A DNA stretch of 63,247 nt, counting the filler. It is 5 parts of 5 records of this genome, joined end to end, with 100 filler letters (N's around TTAATTAATTAA, not from the genome) between each part and the next. Parts side by side here need not be neighbours in the genome. Positions count along the whole stretch, not along the records: positions 1 to 28,216 come from SRR20825010_2197; 4 more parts are not named here. The stretch is one strand, 5' to 3'. The position numbers and the translations under genes are program-made. The notes under the pieces were generated by a model. It made no database searches. It was not told the origin of the DNA and worked only from the letters and a program-made list of their open reading frames with translations. This document shows, piece after piece, positions 9,086 to 19,355 of the stretch; the stretch's first letter is position 1; each line of letters begins with the position of its first letter.

Positions 9086-12000
9086 ATGAAACTCACAGAG
9101 CAGAGCCTGAAGAATCCGGCCGCTGTCATGGTATTAGCAGCCATGGCAATTGTGCTGGGCGTGGTCATGTTGACCAAGCTGCCAGTGCAACTTTTCCCAG
9201 CTATTGAGCGGCCCCAACTGGCCGTGCAAACCTTCTGGCGTTCCGCCAGCCCTTCCGAAATTGAATCAGAAATCGTTGAACCAATCGAGGAAGTGATGCA
9301 GGGCATCCCCGGCATGGAGGAGATGCGGACATTCTCTAACCCAAGCTTCGGTTTTGTCTCGATGGAGTTTGCGCTTGAGACCGATATGGACCATGCGCTC
9401 ATTGAGGTGATCAGCCGGCTGAACCGCCTGCCACCGCTTCCCGCCGATGCCGACCGCCCGCAGGTTTTGATGAATGGGGGTGATCCGTCAGGTGAGACAC
9501 TCATCTATCTGTTCACCCAGTTTCAGGAGGGCAGCAGCCTTGCGCAGGATGAGTATGTAACCTTCATTGAAGACGAGGTCGTACCCCAAATCGAATCCGT
9601 TCAAGGCGTGTCGCGGGTGTCTGTTGAGGCCGGTAGTGGCTTTGGTGAACAGTTGCAGATCGAGTTTGATGCAGTGCGCGCCGCTGAACTTGGTATCAGC
9701 ATCAACTCCATCGCGCGGGTTATCGGCCGTACGGTTGATAGCTCAGGTGGCTATCTTGAAGTTGGTCGCCGCCGCTACCTGCTGAACTTCCAGGGCCGTT
9801 ATGATCCATCCGAGCTAAGCGAGCAAATCCTCGATTGGCGTAACGGCAAGCCGGTAACGCTTGGCGATATCGCTACTGTGCGTGTCGCGCCGCCAGACGC
9901 CACCCAAGTTGTGTACCAAAACGGTAACCCTGCGGTAGGTATGCGTATTGTGCGCAATAGTGGCGCCAATGTGCTCGCAACCATCGACCGTCTGACGGAA
10001 AAGCTGGACGAGTTGAACGCTGGTATGCTGGCGGAACGCGGCATTTCGATCCAAAAGTCTTTTGACCCATCAGTCTTTATCAAACGCGCCATCAACCTTC
10101 TCAGCACCAACCTTCTTGTGGGTGTGCTGCTGGCTGTCGGTGTGCTTTGGTGGTTCCTGCGCCAGATCAGAGCGACACTTCTGATCGCGCTCACCATTCC
10201 CGTCTGCCTGTTGACGACGATCATTGTGCTCGCGCTCTTTGGTCGAACGGTGAATGTTATCTCGCTCGCAGGCCTCGCATTTGCCACCGGCATGGTACTT
10301 GATGCCGCCATTGTGGTGCTGGAGAATATCGTACGACTGCGAGAGCGCGGTGAAAAGGCCACGATGGCGTCGCTCATTGGGGCCTCACAGGTCTGGGGCG
10401 CGCTGCTGGCATCAACCGCGACCACGGTTGCGATCTTTGTGCCCATACTTTTCCTGAAGGATGTTGAGGGCCAGCTGTTTGCAGATCTTGCCCTCACCAT
10501 CGCAATCGGGGTTGGTGTGTCGCTGGTCGTTGCCGTAACCATCCTGCCTGTTGCAGCCGAGCATTGGCTAAAGAAGCTTCCGTCTAATGAAGATGCAGGC
10601 AAGCGTGGCCGCGCATTCGCTGCCAAGCTGATGTGGTTGACCGGCTCACCCCTGCGCCGGGTCGCACTCATTGGTGGCCTGATGTCCGGTGCCGTGCTCC
10701 TCAGTTACACCATGCTGCCAAACCTCAACTACCTGCCACCTGTGAAGCGGGATGCGGTGGACGCCTTTATGATGTTCCCGTCCGGCGCCAATGTTGAGAC
10801 GATTGAAAATGAGATTGTGAAGCCGATCGTTGAACGCCTTGAGCCCTACATGAAAGGCGAAAAGGAACCGGCGCTTCGGAACTATTACATCATCACCTTC
10901 CCGAACGGGGCGGCGGGTACGCTGGGTATTCGCGCGAAAGACCAATCGCAGGTGCAGGAGTTGCAGCGCCTTGTGAATGAAGAGATATTGGTTGGCTTCC
11001 CGGATGTGTTTGCCTTTGGCCAGCAGGGTAACCTGTTTGGTGGTTTTGGCGGCAATGGCTCGGTGCAGATGCACATTCAGTCACGTGATCTGGACGGTTT
11101 GCGTGATGTGATCTCAACCGCTATGCAGTTGGTGCAGGAACACCTGCCGGGTGCACGTGCACAGCCTAACCCTGATCCCAATGTTATCTCGCCTGAGCTG
11201 AAAATTCGCCCCAACGATCGCCGCCTGGCAGAGGTTGGTTTTACCCGCAACGAAGTGGCCAATATTGTCCGGGCACTGGGTGACGGCTTGTGGCTTGGGG
11301 AACACTTTGATGGTGAACGCCGGGTGGACATGATCCTGAAGTCGCAAGATTGGGCCGAACCTGAGATGCTGGAAAGCGTGCCGGTTGCGACTCCGCGTGG
11401 CGGTACTGTCGTTCTGGGTGACCTTGTTCAGATTGAGCGCGGTGTTGGCCCAACCTTTGTACAGCGGGTTGACCGCAAACGTACGGTAACGCTTAACATC
11501 AACCAGCCGGACGACATGGCGCTTGAAGACATGGTCGCCATTTTGAAAGAGAAGGTGGAACCACAACTCAAGCCGATGATGCCAGCGGATGGCCTGATCT
11601 CATATGGCGGCAGCGCTGATGCGCTTGACCGCGCCGTGGGCTCACTTTCCGTGAACTTCATTCTGGCACTTGGGCTGTTGTTCATGATCCTTGCGGCGCT
11701 CTTCCGCTCCCCACGGGATGCAATGTTTGTGGTTATTACCATTCCGCTTGCGACAGTTGGCGGTGTGCTTGCACTCCAGATTCTCAATCTGGTTTCCTTT
11801 GCACCGCTTGACCTGCTTACCATGATTGGTTTCATCATCCTGCTTGGTTTGGTGGTAAACAACGCCATCTTGCTTGTTGCGCAAACCCGTGCAGGGGAGG
11901 CCGAGGGACTGACGCGGGATGAAGCTGTGGAGCGGGCACTTGCGCTTCGTATGCGGCCCATCTTCATGAGCACGCTCACGTCCATAATGGGTATGTTGCC

Positions 12001-12190
12001 GCTTGTTCTGTTCCCCGGTGCAGGGAGTGAAATCTACCGCGGCATGGCGGCGTGTATCGTTGGCGGCATGTCGGTTTCCACAATCTTTACGTTGGTGTTG
12101 CTGCCGTCGCTTCTGCGGTTCAAAGAGGCTGGCCTGATAGCCGCCGCCTTTGCCCGGTTGCGTCGCCGCCGCCTGCACCCAGCTGAATAA
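9086..12190 (+). CDS. RND efflux permease (AcrB/AcrD/AcrF family)
   Basis: About 1034 aa with the two-repeat RND architecture; motifs LPVQLFPAI, GMVLDAAIVVLENI and RMRPIFMSTLT. GAGG RBS before ATG 9086. Confidence 0.93.
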   Translation: MKLTEQSLKNPAAVMVLAAMAIVLGVVMLTKLPVQLFPAIERPQLAVQTFWRSASPSEIESEIVEPIEEVMQGIPGMEEMRTFSNPSFGFVSMEFALETDMDHALIEVISRLNRLPPLPADADRPQVLMNGGDPSGETLIYLFTQFQEGSSLAQDEYVTFIEDEVVPQIESVQGVSRVSVEAGSGFGEQLQIEFDAVRAAELGISINSIARVIGRTVDSSGGYLEVGRRRYLLNFQGRYDPSELSEQILDWRNGKPVTLGDIATVRVAPPDATQVVYQNGNPAVGMRIVRNSGANVLATIDRLTEKLDELNAGMLAERGISIQKSFDPSVFIKRAINLLSTNLLVGVLLAVGVLWWFLRQIRATLLIALTIPVCLLTTIIVLALFGRTVNVISLAGLAFATGMVLDAAIVVLENIVRLRERGEKATMASLIGASQVWGALLASTATTVAIFVPILFLKDVEGQLFADLALTIAIGVGVSLVVAVTILPVAAEHWLKKLPSNEDAGKRGRAFAAKLMWLTGSPLRRVALIGGLMSGAVLLSYTMLPNLNYLPPVKRDAVDAFMMFPSGANVETIENEIVKPIVERLEPYMKGEKEPALRNYYIITFPNGAAGTLGIRAKDQSQVQELQRLVNEEILVGFPDVFAFGQQGNLFGGFGGNGSVQMHIQSRDLDGLRDVISTAMQLVQEHLPGARAQPNPDPNVISPELKIRPNDRRLAEVGFTRNEVANIVRALGDGLWLGEHFDGERRVDMILKSQDWAEPEMLESVPVATPRGGTVVLGDLVQIERGVGPTFVQRVDRKRTVTLNINQPDDMALEDMVAILKEKVEPQLKPMMPADGLISYGGSADALDRAVGSLSVNFILALGLLFMILAALFRSPRDAMFVVITIPLATVGGVLALQILNLVSFAPLDLLTMIGFIILLGLVVNNAILLVAQTRAGEAEGLTRDEAVERALALRMRPIFMSTLTSIMGMLPLVLFPGAGSEIYRGMAACIVGGMSVSTIFTLVLLPSLLRFKEAGLIAAAFARLRRRRLHPAE

Positions 12191-12213
12191 TATATAAAAA
12201 GCGAGGAAGTATC

Positions 12214-13326
12214 ATGTTTTCAAAAATATCTGATAAGGGCTTGCGCCCACGAGGATTGCTAAAATCGGCACTGGTTGGCCTGGCGCTTGGGGTGGGTGTA
12301 ATGCCTGCCCAGGCCCAGCAGCAGGAACAGCCACCGGCGCTTGTTGAAATAGCTGAGGCAAACGCGGAGATGATGGCGCCTCAAGCTTATATGCCGGGCA
12401 CTGTCATCAGCCGTAACGATAGCCGCATTTCCGCCGAGATCGCGGGCCGTGTGGTTTGGGTGGCCCCGGAAGGTACTTTCCTCAAGGAAGGTGAGGTGGT
12501 TGCCGAGATTGACGACCGCAACCCGAAGCTCGCGCTTGCGCGTAGCAAAAGCCAGATCAAACGACTTGAAGCCCGCATCAGCTACCTGAGGTCTGACCTC
12601 AAACGTGTGCGGGAGCTGGCCGCCAACAATAACGTGCCGCCCAGCCGCCTTGAAGAAGCAGAAAGCACACTGTTGATGACCGAAGAAGAGCTTTCGCAGG
12701 CCCGTGTTGCGGCAGAGCAGGCAGAAGTTGACCTGGACCGCACAAAAGTGCGCGCGCCATTCCCTGGCAGGGTGGTGGAGCGGCTGGCACAGGCTGGTGA
12801 ATACTCATCACCCGGTCGCCAGATCGCACGTCTTGTAGACACTGAACACCTTGAGGTCAGCGCGCAAGCACCGGTTACACTTTCACGCATGCTGGCTGAT
12901 GGCCAGTCTGTTGTGCTTAAGCGTGACGCCGAGGTTATCGATACCAACATACGTGCCATTGTACCGGTGGGTGATGCCCTCAGCCGTACAATGGAAATTC
13001 GGGTCACGGTGCCGTCTGGTGGTCACTACGTTGTTGGTGGTGCCGTGCAGATTGGTGTGCCAGCAAGTGCGCCAAAGCAGGTGGTTTCTGTGCCGCGTGA
13101 TGCGCTGGTGCTGAGGAATGACGGCACCTATGTTTTCCGCGTGAAGGAAGATAATACAGCAGAGCGCATGCTGGTAACCACCGGTGCTGCAACCGGAGGC
13201 CGTGTGGCGATCGTGGGTGGTATTGAAAGTGGTGACCGTGTTGTTGTGCGGGGTGGCGAGCGTTTGAGGCCTGGCCAAGCCGTACAACTCCGTGATGGTG
13301 AGACCCAAACGGCGAGCAGCCGTTAG
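12214..13326 (+). CDS. RND periplasmic adaptor (membrane fusion protein)
   Basis: Signal sequence, lipoyl-like halves ISAEIAGRV and VRAPFPGRV flanking a coiled coil, and C-terminal GIESGDRVVVRGGERLRPG. Confidence 0.9.
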   Translation: MFSKISDKGLRPRGLLKSALVGLALGVGVMPAQAQQQEQPPALVEIAEANAEMMAPQAYMPGTVISRNDSRISAEIAGRVVWVAPEGTFLKEGEVVAEIDDRNPKLALARSKSQIKRLEARISYLRSDLKRVRELAANNNVPPSRLEEAESTLLMTEEELSQARVAAEQAEVDLDRTKVRAPFPGRVVERLAQAGEYSSPGRQIARLVDTEHLEVSAQAPVTLSRMLADGQSVVLKRDAEVIDTNIRAIVPVGDALSRTMEIRVTVPSGGHYVVGGAVQIGVPASAPKQVVSVPRDALVLRNDGTYVFRVKEDNTAERMLVTTGAATGGRVAIVGGIESGDRVVVRGGERLRPGQAVQLRDGETQTASSR

Positions 13327-13525
13327 GTCGCGCTGGTGCTGTTTCGAGTATTCGATGGCGAAAGAGACCAAAAACACTGTTGGCGATAGCCGCGTCCCGG
13401 CCCATAATGCCCGCGCGCAGGAGGCTTCTTTTGAAGTTCCCGCGCGCGGTTTTCTTGATGGCGACCTTGCGGGTGCTAAAGAAAACCGTGTCGGTGTTGG
13501 GGTAACTCGGGGGAATCTGTCGCCT

Positions 13526-14596
13526 ATGGACAGTCTTTTTGGCGATAAAGAGCGCACGTTCTGGATATTCCAGATTGGCGGTTGGACAGGGTATTGTCTG
13601 CTCCGTACGTTTCAGGCCATCACCAGTGGTCAGGATCTTTATCATTACACTTGGGTGATTATTGCGGCGGCGCTCGTGGGCTTTGCTATGACCAGCGTTA
13701 TGCGGAACCTATACCGCATGGTGCGTGAATGGGCGCTGCACTGGTTGCTTTTGTGTGTGATTTTTGTCTGTGGTGCTTGTGGCTTGATATTCTCGTCCAT
13801 CGAGCTTTATATCGCGCCGTTTCTGATGCCGGGCTGGGTACCGTTTACGGGGCTTGAGCTATTCGGGAATGCGATGTTTGAATCGACGGCGCTTTTTGCG
13901 TGGTCCGCGCTCTATTTTGGGTATCACTATTACCAGAGCATGCAGGAACAGCAGGAGCAGGTGCTGAAAGCAACCGCCATGGCGCACCAGGCGCAGCTCA
14001 AGATGCTGCGCTACCAACTGAATCCGCATTTTCTTTTCAATACGTTGAATGCGATTTCGACCCTCGTGCTCGAGAAGGCAGAAACAGATGCCAACCAGAT
14101 GCTGACAAAGCTTTCGAGCTTTTTGAGGTTCACGCTGGTCAACCAACCTACACAGCGCATCAGTCTTGATCAGGAGCTTTATGCGCTCGGGCTTTATCTT
14201 GATATTGAGAATGTGCGTTTTGGTGACCGGCTGAAGGTCGATTTTAATATCTCGGAAGCCGCAAGTGCTGCACTTATTCCGAGCCTGCTTTTGCAGCCGC
14301 TTATCGAGAATGCCATCAAATATGCCATTGCACCATCCATTGAAGGCGGCACCATTCGCGTAAATGCGGACGTGAGCGACGGCAAGCTCATTGTGATTTT
14401 GGAAGATGATGGGCCCGGTCTTGAGGATCTTGAAAACATCGTCAGCCAATCCGGTTCAGGTGTTGGTATTGTGAATACCAAAGAACGCTTGCTGCAGATT
14501 TACGGCCCTAATCACCGGTTTGTATTGACCAATCTGGAGCCAAGCGGGCTTGGCATTCGCATTGAAATACCTTGCGAACGAGAAAAACGCCCGTAA
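13526..14596 (+). CDS. LytS/YehU-family sensor histidine kinase
   Basis: H-box LRYQLNPHFLFNTLN, N-box LQPLIENAIKY, DDGPG and GVGIVN, with N-terminal TM helices. The start is uncertain (ATG 13526 or 13355). Confidence 0.88.
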   Translation: MDSLFGDKERTFWIFQIGGWTGYCLLRTFQAITSGQDLYHYTWVIIAAALVGFAMTSVMRNLYRMVREWALHWLLLCVIFVCGACGLIFSSIELYIAPFLMPGWVPFTGLELFGNAMFESTALFAWSALYFGYHYYQSMQEQQEQVLKATAMAHQAQLKMLRYQLNPHFLFNTLNAISTLVLEKAETDANQMLTKLSSFLRFTLVNQPTQRISLDQELYALGLYLDIENVRFGDRLKVDFNISEAASAALIPSLLLQPLIENAIKYAIAPSIEGGTIRVNADVSDGKLIVILEDDGPGLEDLENIVSQSGSGVGIVNTKERLLQIYGPNHRFVLTNLEPSGLGIRIEIPCEREKRP

Positions 14597-14633
14597 GCTT
14601 TTGCTGGGCAGAAAGACTACAGGACTGAATTTT

Positions 14634-15446
14634 ATGGCCAAAATTCGTACACTACTTGTTGATGATGAACCGCTTGCTGTGCGGGGGCTGAGCATTCGCC
14701 TGCAGCCGTTTAGCGATGTGGAAATCATCGGTTCCTGCTCCAACGGTCGTGAAGCAGTGAAGTCGATCAAGGAATTGAAGCCTGATCTCGTGTTTCTCGA
14801 TATCCAGATGCCGGGCTTTGATGGTTTTTCTGTTCTGCGCTCGCTTGTTGGCGAGGCGGAGATTCCGCTGGTGGTTTTTGTTACAGCCTATGACCAATAT
14901 GCACTTGAGGCGTTTGAGGCCCACGCGCTTGATTACCTGCTTAAACCTGTTGAGGAAGAGCGGCTGGCAGAGGCCATGGCCCGCGTGCGCGAGCATATGA
15001 CACAGCGTATTGCCATTGAGCAGAACGCCCGGCTGGTGGCATTGATTGAAAAAATGCAGGACCCACCGGTTGAGGCGCTGACGGCGCTGCTCGAAAAACC
15101 GCTCGACAGTAAAGACACCCGTTTCGACCCACACTTGCGCATTAAGGACCGCGGCCATATCACCATTGTTGACGTGGCGGACGTGGATTTCATTGATGCG
15201 GCAGGTGATTATATGTGCATCCATGTGGGGGATAAAACTCATATCCTGCGGGAGACCATGAAGACCATGGAGCGGCGGCTGGATCCCAAGATTTTCCAGC
15301 GCGTTCACCGGTCTACCATCGTGAACCTCGACAAAGTACGCGAGGTCAAACCCCACTCAAACGGCGAATGTTTCCTCACCCTTGAGAACGGTGCCGAGCT
15401 GAAGGTAAGCCGATCCTACAAGGATGTGGTTGGGCGTTTCCTATAA
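14634..15446 (+). CDS. LytTR-family response regulator
   Basis: Receiver motifs VDDE, FLDIQMP and DYLLKP; LytTR motifs FQRVHRSTIVN and VSRSY. Confidence 0.93.
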   Translation: MAKIRTLLVDDEPLAVRGLSIRLQPFSDVEIIGSCSNGREAVKSIKELKPDLVFLDIQMPGFDGFSVLRSLVGEAEIPLVVFVTAYDQYALEAFEAHALDYLLKPVEEERLAEAMARVREHMTQRIAIEQNARLVALIEKMQDPPVEALTALLEKPLDSKDTRFDPHLRIKDRGHITIVDVADVDFIDAAGDYMCIHVGDKTHILRETMKTMERRLDPKIFQRVHRSTIVNLDKVREVKPHSNGECFLTLENGAELKVSRSYKDVVGRFL

Positions 15447-15560
15447 TAACCGGTGGTTCAGGATATGTGGAGAGCTTATCTCTCTGAGGTAGGTATTATG
15501 TTTAAGGGTGCTTGAGAATTTCTAAGATAACAGCAAACAATAGACATTACGTGTAGAATT

Positions 15561-16187
15561 TCAAGGAGCAGGTGGGTCGCCTTTCGTGCGCTGAATATAA
15601 TAGGTGCGAAGATTCGTGGTATCTCGGCCAATGCCTGAGCTGTTTTTCCTGATGAAGTCGATGAAACGCCAATCCTGACCGTAGTCGGCGTCCTGAGGTG
15701 GTGCTTTCTGGGCAATACTGGTGCGGGCAATAATCTCTGCGTGCCCGACCTTACTAAGCGCAAGTTGTGGATGCCGGAGCTTCTGGCCTTTGATGACCGT
15801 CTCAAAAAGAACCAGATCGAATTCGCCGTTTTTTACGGGCCTGTAATAATTCTCAAAGTGCATCGGGCTGATACGGTCGTCGTTGTCGAGAAAAATCATA
15901 TAGCTCTTTGTGGCCATCGCGATGCCGCGATTGCGGGCTTCATAGCCATATCCACCATAATTTTTATCGAGGTTGATCGTGCGAATGGTATTTCCGCGTT
16001 CCTCCGCCTCCCTGCGGGCATTTTGGAATTCAGGATCTTCCAAAAGTTCGGTAAAGTCGGGGCAGCAATCTCCAACTAGGATCAACTCCCATCCATCTAC
16101 GGTTTGGTTCAGGATATCCCTCATCATACGGCGTGTTGAGAGGGGTCGGCCAAAGCAGGGCATAATCGCAGATAAATCAATGAACAC
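15561..16187 (-). CDS. Glycosyltransferase family 2
   Basis: Motifs SAIMPCFGR, WELILVGD, ARNRGI and DxD motif FLDNDD. Start is GTG 16187 after GAGG, or TTG 16202. Confidence 0.8.
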   Translation of the reverse strand: MFIDLSAIMPCFGRPLSTRRMMRDILNQTVDGWELILVGDCCPDFTELLEDPEFQNARREAEERGNTIRTINLDKNYGGYGYEARNRGIAMATKSYMIFLDNDDRISPMHFENYYRPVKNGEFDLVLFETVIKGQKLRHPQLALSKVGHAEIIARTSIAQKAPPQDADYGQDWRFIDFIRKNSSGIGRDTTNLRTYYIQRTKGDPPAP

Positions 16188-16430
16188 TGTTATAAACCTC
16201 AATTAGGGTGTTGTTTAAACACTTAATATGTTGTTCTTATGCATGCGGCAAGGACAGAGACTAGGAAATCAATCAATCGCGACATATAACAGCAACTCTA
16301 TGAGCGATAACAGCACGTTGGTTCGCGATGGTGCTTGGAAGCTATGGAATAAGTATTGATTTATGTTTGGCTCAGCTTCAGGGCACAGAGATGGCATGCG
16401 TTGAAGACTGGGAAACAATTGGGGCAATAA

Positions 16431-17384
16431 ATGAGTGGAATAGAGTGTAAACGAGTGTTGGTTACTGGAGGTGCGGGGTTTCTTGGCTCTCATCTGTGCG
16501 AGCGGCTTTTAAACGACGGTCATGATGTTCTCTGCGTGGATAACTATTACACCGGCTCTAAGCAAAATGTGCAGCACCTGTTCGAGCATCCGCTTTTTGA
16601 GTTAATGCGCCACGATGTAACTTTCCCGCTCCATGTCGAAGTGGACGAAATTTACAATCTGGCTTGCCCTGCTTCGCCAATTCATTATCAGCGCGACCCG
16701 GTCCAGACGACGAAGACAAGCGTGCATGGTGCGATCAATATGTTGGGTCTCGCAAAACGCCTTAAGGCCAAGATTTTACAAGCCTCAACAAGTGAGGTTT
16801 ATGGCGATCCTGAAATGCATCCACAGCCCGAAACATACTGGGGCAGTGTGAACCCGGTGGGTGTTCGGTCCTGCTATGATGAAGGTAAGCGGTGTGCGGA
16901 AACACTCTTCTTCGATTATTATCGGCAGCATAACCTACAGATCAAAGTTGCTAGAATTTTCAACACCTATGGCCCGCGTATGGCGATTGATGACGGTAGG
17001 GTTGTTTCAAATTTTATTGTTCAGGCCCTCAGGGGCAAGGACATAACGATCTATGGCGAAGGACAACAGACGCGCTCGTTTTGTTATGTGGATGACCTAG
17101 TGGATGGCTTGGTACGTTTGATGGGGCGGGGGCCGGAGTTCACGGGACCAGTAAATATCGGCAACAATTCGGAAATGACGGTGCGGGAGTTGGCGGAAAA
17201 GGTTATCGATTTTGTCGGCTCACCTTCCAAACTGATCTTTCGGCCTTTGCCGGAAGATGATCCGATGCAGCGTCAACCAGACCTTACCCTTGCGAACAAA
17301 GAACTGGGTTGGCGACCATCAACAAGTCTGGATATTGGGTTGCGTAAAACAATCGACTATTTTGAAGAAGTGTTAAAAGGCTGA
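16431..17384 (+). CDS. UDP-glucuronic acid decarboxylase (UDP-xylose synthase)-like SDR
   Basis: [50 protein letters not shown] and DDP.QRQPD match the UXS family. Confidence 0.9.
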   Translation: MSGIECKRVLVTGGAGFLGSHLCERLLNDGHDVLCVDNYYTGSKQNVQHLFEHPLFELMRHDVTFPLHVEVDEIYNLACPASPIHYQRDPVQTTKTSVHGAINMLGLAKRLKAKILQASTSEVYGDPEMHPQPETYWGSVNPVGVRSCYDEGKRCAETLFFDYYRQHNLQIKVARIFNTYGPRMAIDDGRVVSNFIVQALRGKDITIYGEGQQTRSFCYVDDLVDGLVRLMGRGPEFTGPVNIGNNSEMTVRELAEKVIDFVGSPSKLIFRPLPEDDPMQRQPDLTLANKELGWRPSTSLDIGLRKTIDYFEEVLKG

Positions 17385-17468
17385 TGAGTTCGGGATAGTT
17401 TGGTTTTCGCTCGCATAGCCTAGACACAATTTATGTCATCTAACATCATTTAATTTTAGAGAGTTTTC

Positions 17469-18293
17469 ATGCTTCCCCCAAAATTAGCAATTGCGGTCAC
17501 TTTTCACTATGTCGAGGCGCGACTGCAGTATTTGAACATTATTTCTGATCATTTTTCGAGCCTCGCCGATGAGGTGAAGGTGGTGATAGTTACAAACACC
17601 AGCGACGAAGATGAGTTACAGAGAATTCACGATACAGTTGGGGGTAAGGGATTCGAATATTCATTTTTCACGCCTTATGGCTTGGGGCACCCCTACTTGC
17701 TGGCTTGGTCTCACCTTTATGTGTTTCGCCGGTGGTTTGATGATCAGTCAATTTCGCATTTCATGTATTTGGAAGACGATATTTTGTTAACCAAAGCGAA
17801 TATCGAATACTGGACGGCCGCTAGGGAAGTATTGCGACAATACAACGTTGTTCCGTCTTTTCTTCGGGTGGAGAAAAAAGATGGCGATGACCGCTGGTAT
17901 AGTAGTGACTGTTTAAAAGCTCATGATATCAACGAGCTGCCACGAATCAATTTTCAAAGTCAGAGAATGTTTGTAAATTTACCGAGGTTGTATCAGGGCA
18001 TGTACTTGCTGGACAGACCTCTGATGGCGGAGCATTTGGCTGGTCCGACTTCGATACCTGAGCATAGCCCTTGGGGAATTCGGGAAAAAGCAGCCGCAGG
18101 CATTACATTTTGCAACGTACAAAAAGGTATGTATTCTCGTAATTTTATACCATTCGTTGTTCATACCCAAAAAATTGACACCGTTTGTTTCATTCATCAT
18201 ACACCTAACAACTATGCCAACGATCCCAATCAAGAAATCGAACTGGGCAAGATGCTTGCGGATGATGTCCTTTATATCAAAGGCATCCAGTAG
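17469..18293 (+). CDS. Putative glycosyltransferase-like protein
   Basis: FMYLEDD (DxD-like) motif and location inside a glycan gene cluster; family not securely identified. Confidence 0.5.
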   Translation: MLPPKLAIAVTFHYVEARLQYLNIISDHFSSLADEVKVVIVTNTSDEDELQRIHDTVGGKGFEYSFFTPYGLGHPYLLAWSHLYVFRRWFDDQSISHFMYLEDDILLTKANIEYWTAAREVLRQYNVVPSFLRVEKKDGDDRWYSSDCLKAHDINELPRINFQSQRMFVNLPRLYQGMYLLDRPLMAEHLAGPTSIPEHSPWGIREKAAAGITFCNVQKGMYSRNFIPFVVHTQKIDTVCFIHHTPNNYANDPNQEIELGKMLADDVLYIKGIQ

Positions 18294-18348
18294 TCGAAGG
18301 TATGGCCGTAAGGCTAACCCGGTGTGTTCGTGCGGTTGTGGTTTGTTG

Positions 18349-19026
18349 TTATGCAGATTTCCGGGTCCTGAAGAGGTATTGATAGGTTGACCAATCTCTT
18401 TTTCGGTCCGCGCTAACCTGATCCGGAGATTTGTCGAGCAGCTTGGCTAGCGTGGCTACAGCCTGCTGGGTTTTCTCTTCATTCACGATAATGCTGTTGC
18501 ACGTCTCGACTGTTAGTCCAGCGCCTGTCAATAACTCGATAAAGGTAGAGCGGGTAAAAAAGCGCAGATGTGTCCTATCGAGCAAGCCCTGATCCTGGTA
18601 CCGAAAGTTACCGTTAACAAGCGCGTAGATCATGCTCCAATGCGACACATTGGGTATGCAAATGCAGACTGTACCTCCCGGTTTTAAATATTCCAGGTGA
18701 GTTTGCAGAGCTTTCCACGGGTCGACAAAGTGCTCAATGACGTCGCCATATATCATTAGGTCGAATGAATTTCGCTCAAAGCCAGAGGCCAGCAGGTCTA
18801 CCGTTTCAGCATTTCCGGTCAAGACCATATCAAAGTGTTGACGAGCTTCGTTCGCGGCGACATCAAAAAGTTCAACGCCGACACTATAGGTCTCCGGAAA
18901 TCTCTCCCTGTAAGCGCCCATGAAGAGCCCGGAGCTACAGCCAAACTCCAATACACGCTCGGCTTCAGGGCATATATTCAGAAGGTGGCGATTGATGTTG
19001 TTATAGAAAACTTTCTCTTCTGACAT
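18349..19026 (-). CDS. Class I SAM-dependent methyltransferase
   Basis: VLEFGCSSG, DVIEHFVDP and GLLDRTHLRFFT, typical of MTases found in glycan clusters. Confidence 0.88.
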   Translation of the reverse strand: MSEEKVFYNNINRHLLNICPEAERVLEFGCSSGLFMGAYRERFPETYSVGVELFDVAANEARQHFDMVLTGNAETVDLLASGFERNSFDLMIYGDVIEHFVDPWKALQTHLEYLKPGGTVCICIPNVSHWSMIYALVNGNFRYQDQGLLDRTHLRFFTRSTFIELLTGAGLTVETCNSIIVNEEKTQQAVATLAKLLDKSPDQVSADRKRDWSTYQYLFRTRKSA

Positions 19027-19355
19027 CTGTATTAACCAATCGCCTGCTTGAACTTAGGTTGGGGTGGAGCTTTGTATTTGAGTGACCAACCACCCTTTGT
19101 GACGGGTTGTGAGCTATCGTCGGTTTCGATCAAACTATAATGCAAACGTCTCGTTGCACAACCCTATGTACAGCCGTGTCGATGTGTTGACGACCTGGAG
19201 GAGCGGAATTTGCAATCGTCAGCGCGGGTCTAATCCTAGTGCCAGCGACAACATGTGGCGGGCCATAAACATGACGCTGCTGTAAGAGCTAGGGAGGAAA
19301 CCAAGGGGCGCTTAAAACGACCATCGAGACGCATGATTAACATGGCTCAGTCAGT

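Noticed and set aside
9799..10671. 290-aa and other antisense ORFs within the RND gene
   Set aside because: Ser/Thr/Arg-rich antisense shadows typical of GC-rich coding DNA.
19027..19355. 330-bp intergenic region with a GGGTTGTG/CACAACCC inverted repeat
   Set aside because: Only 8-bp arms and no recognisable RNA family or ORF; not enough support.
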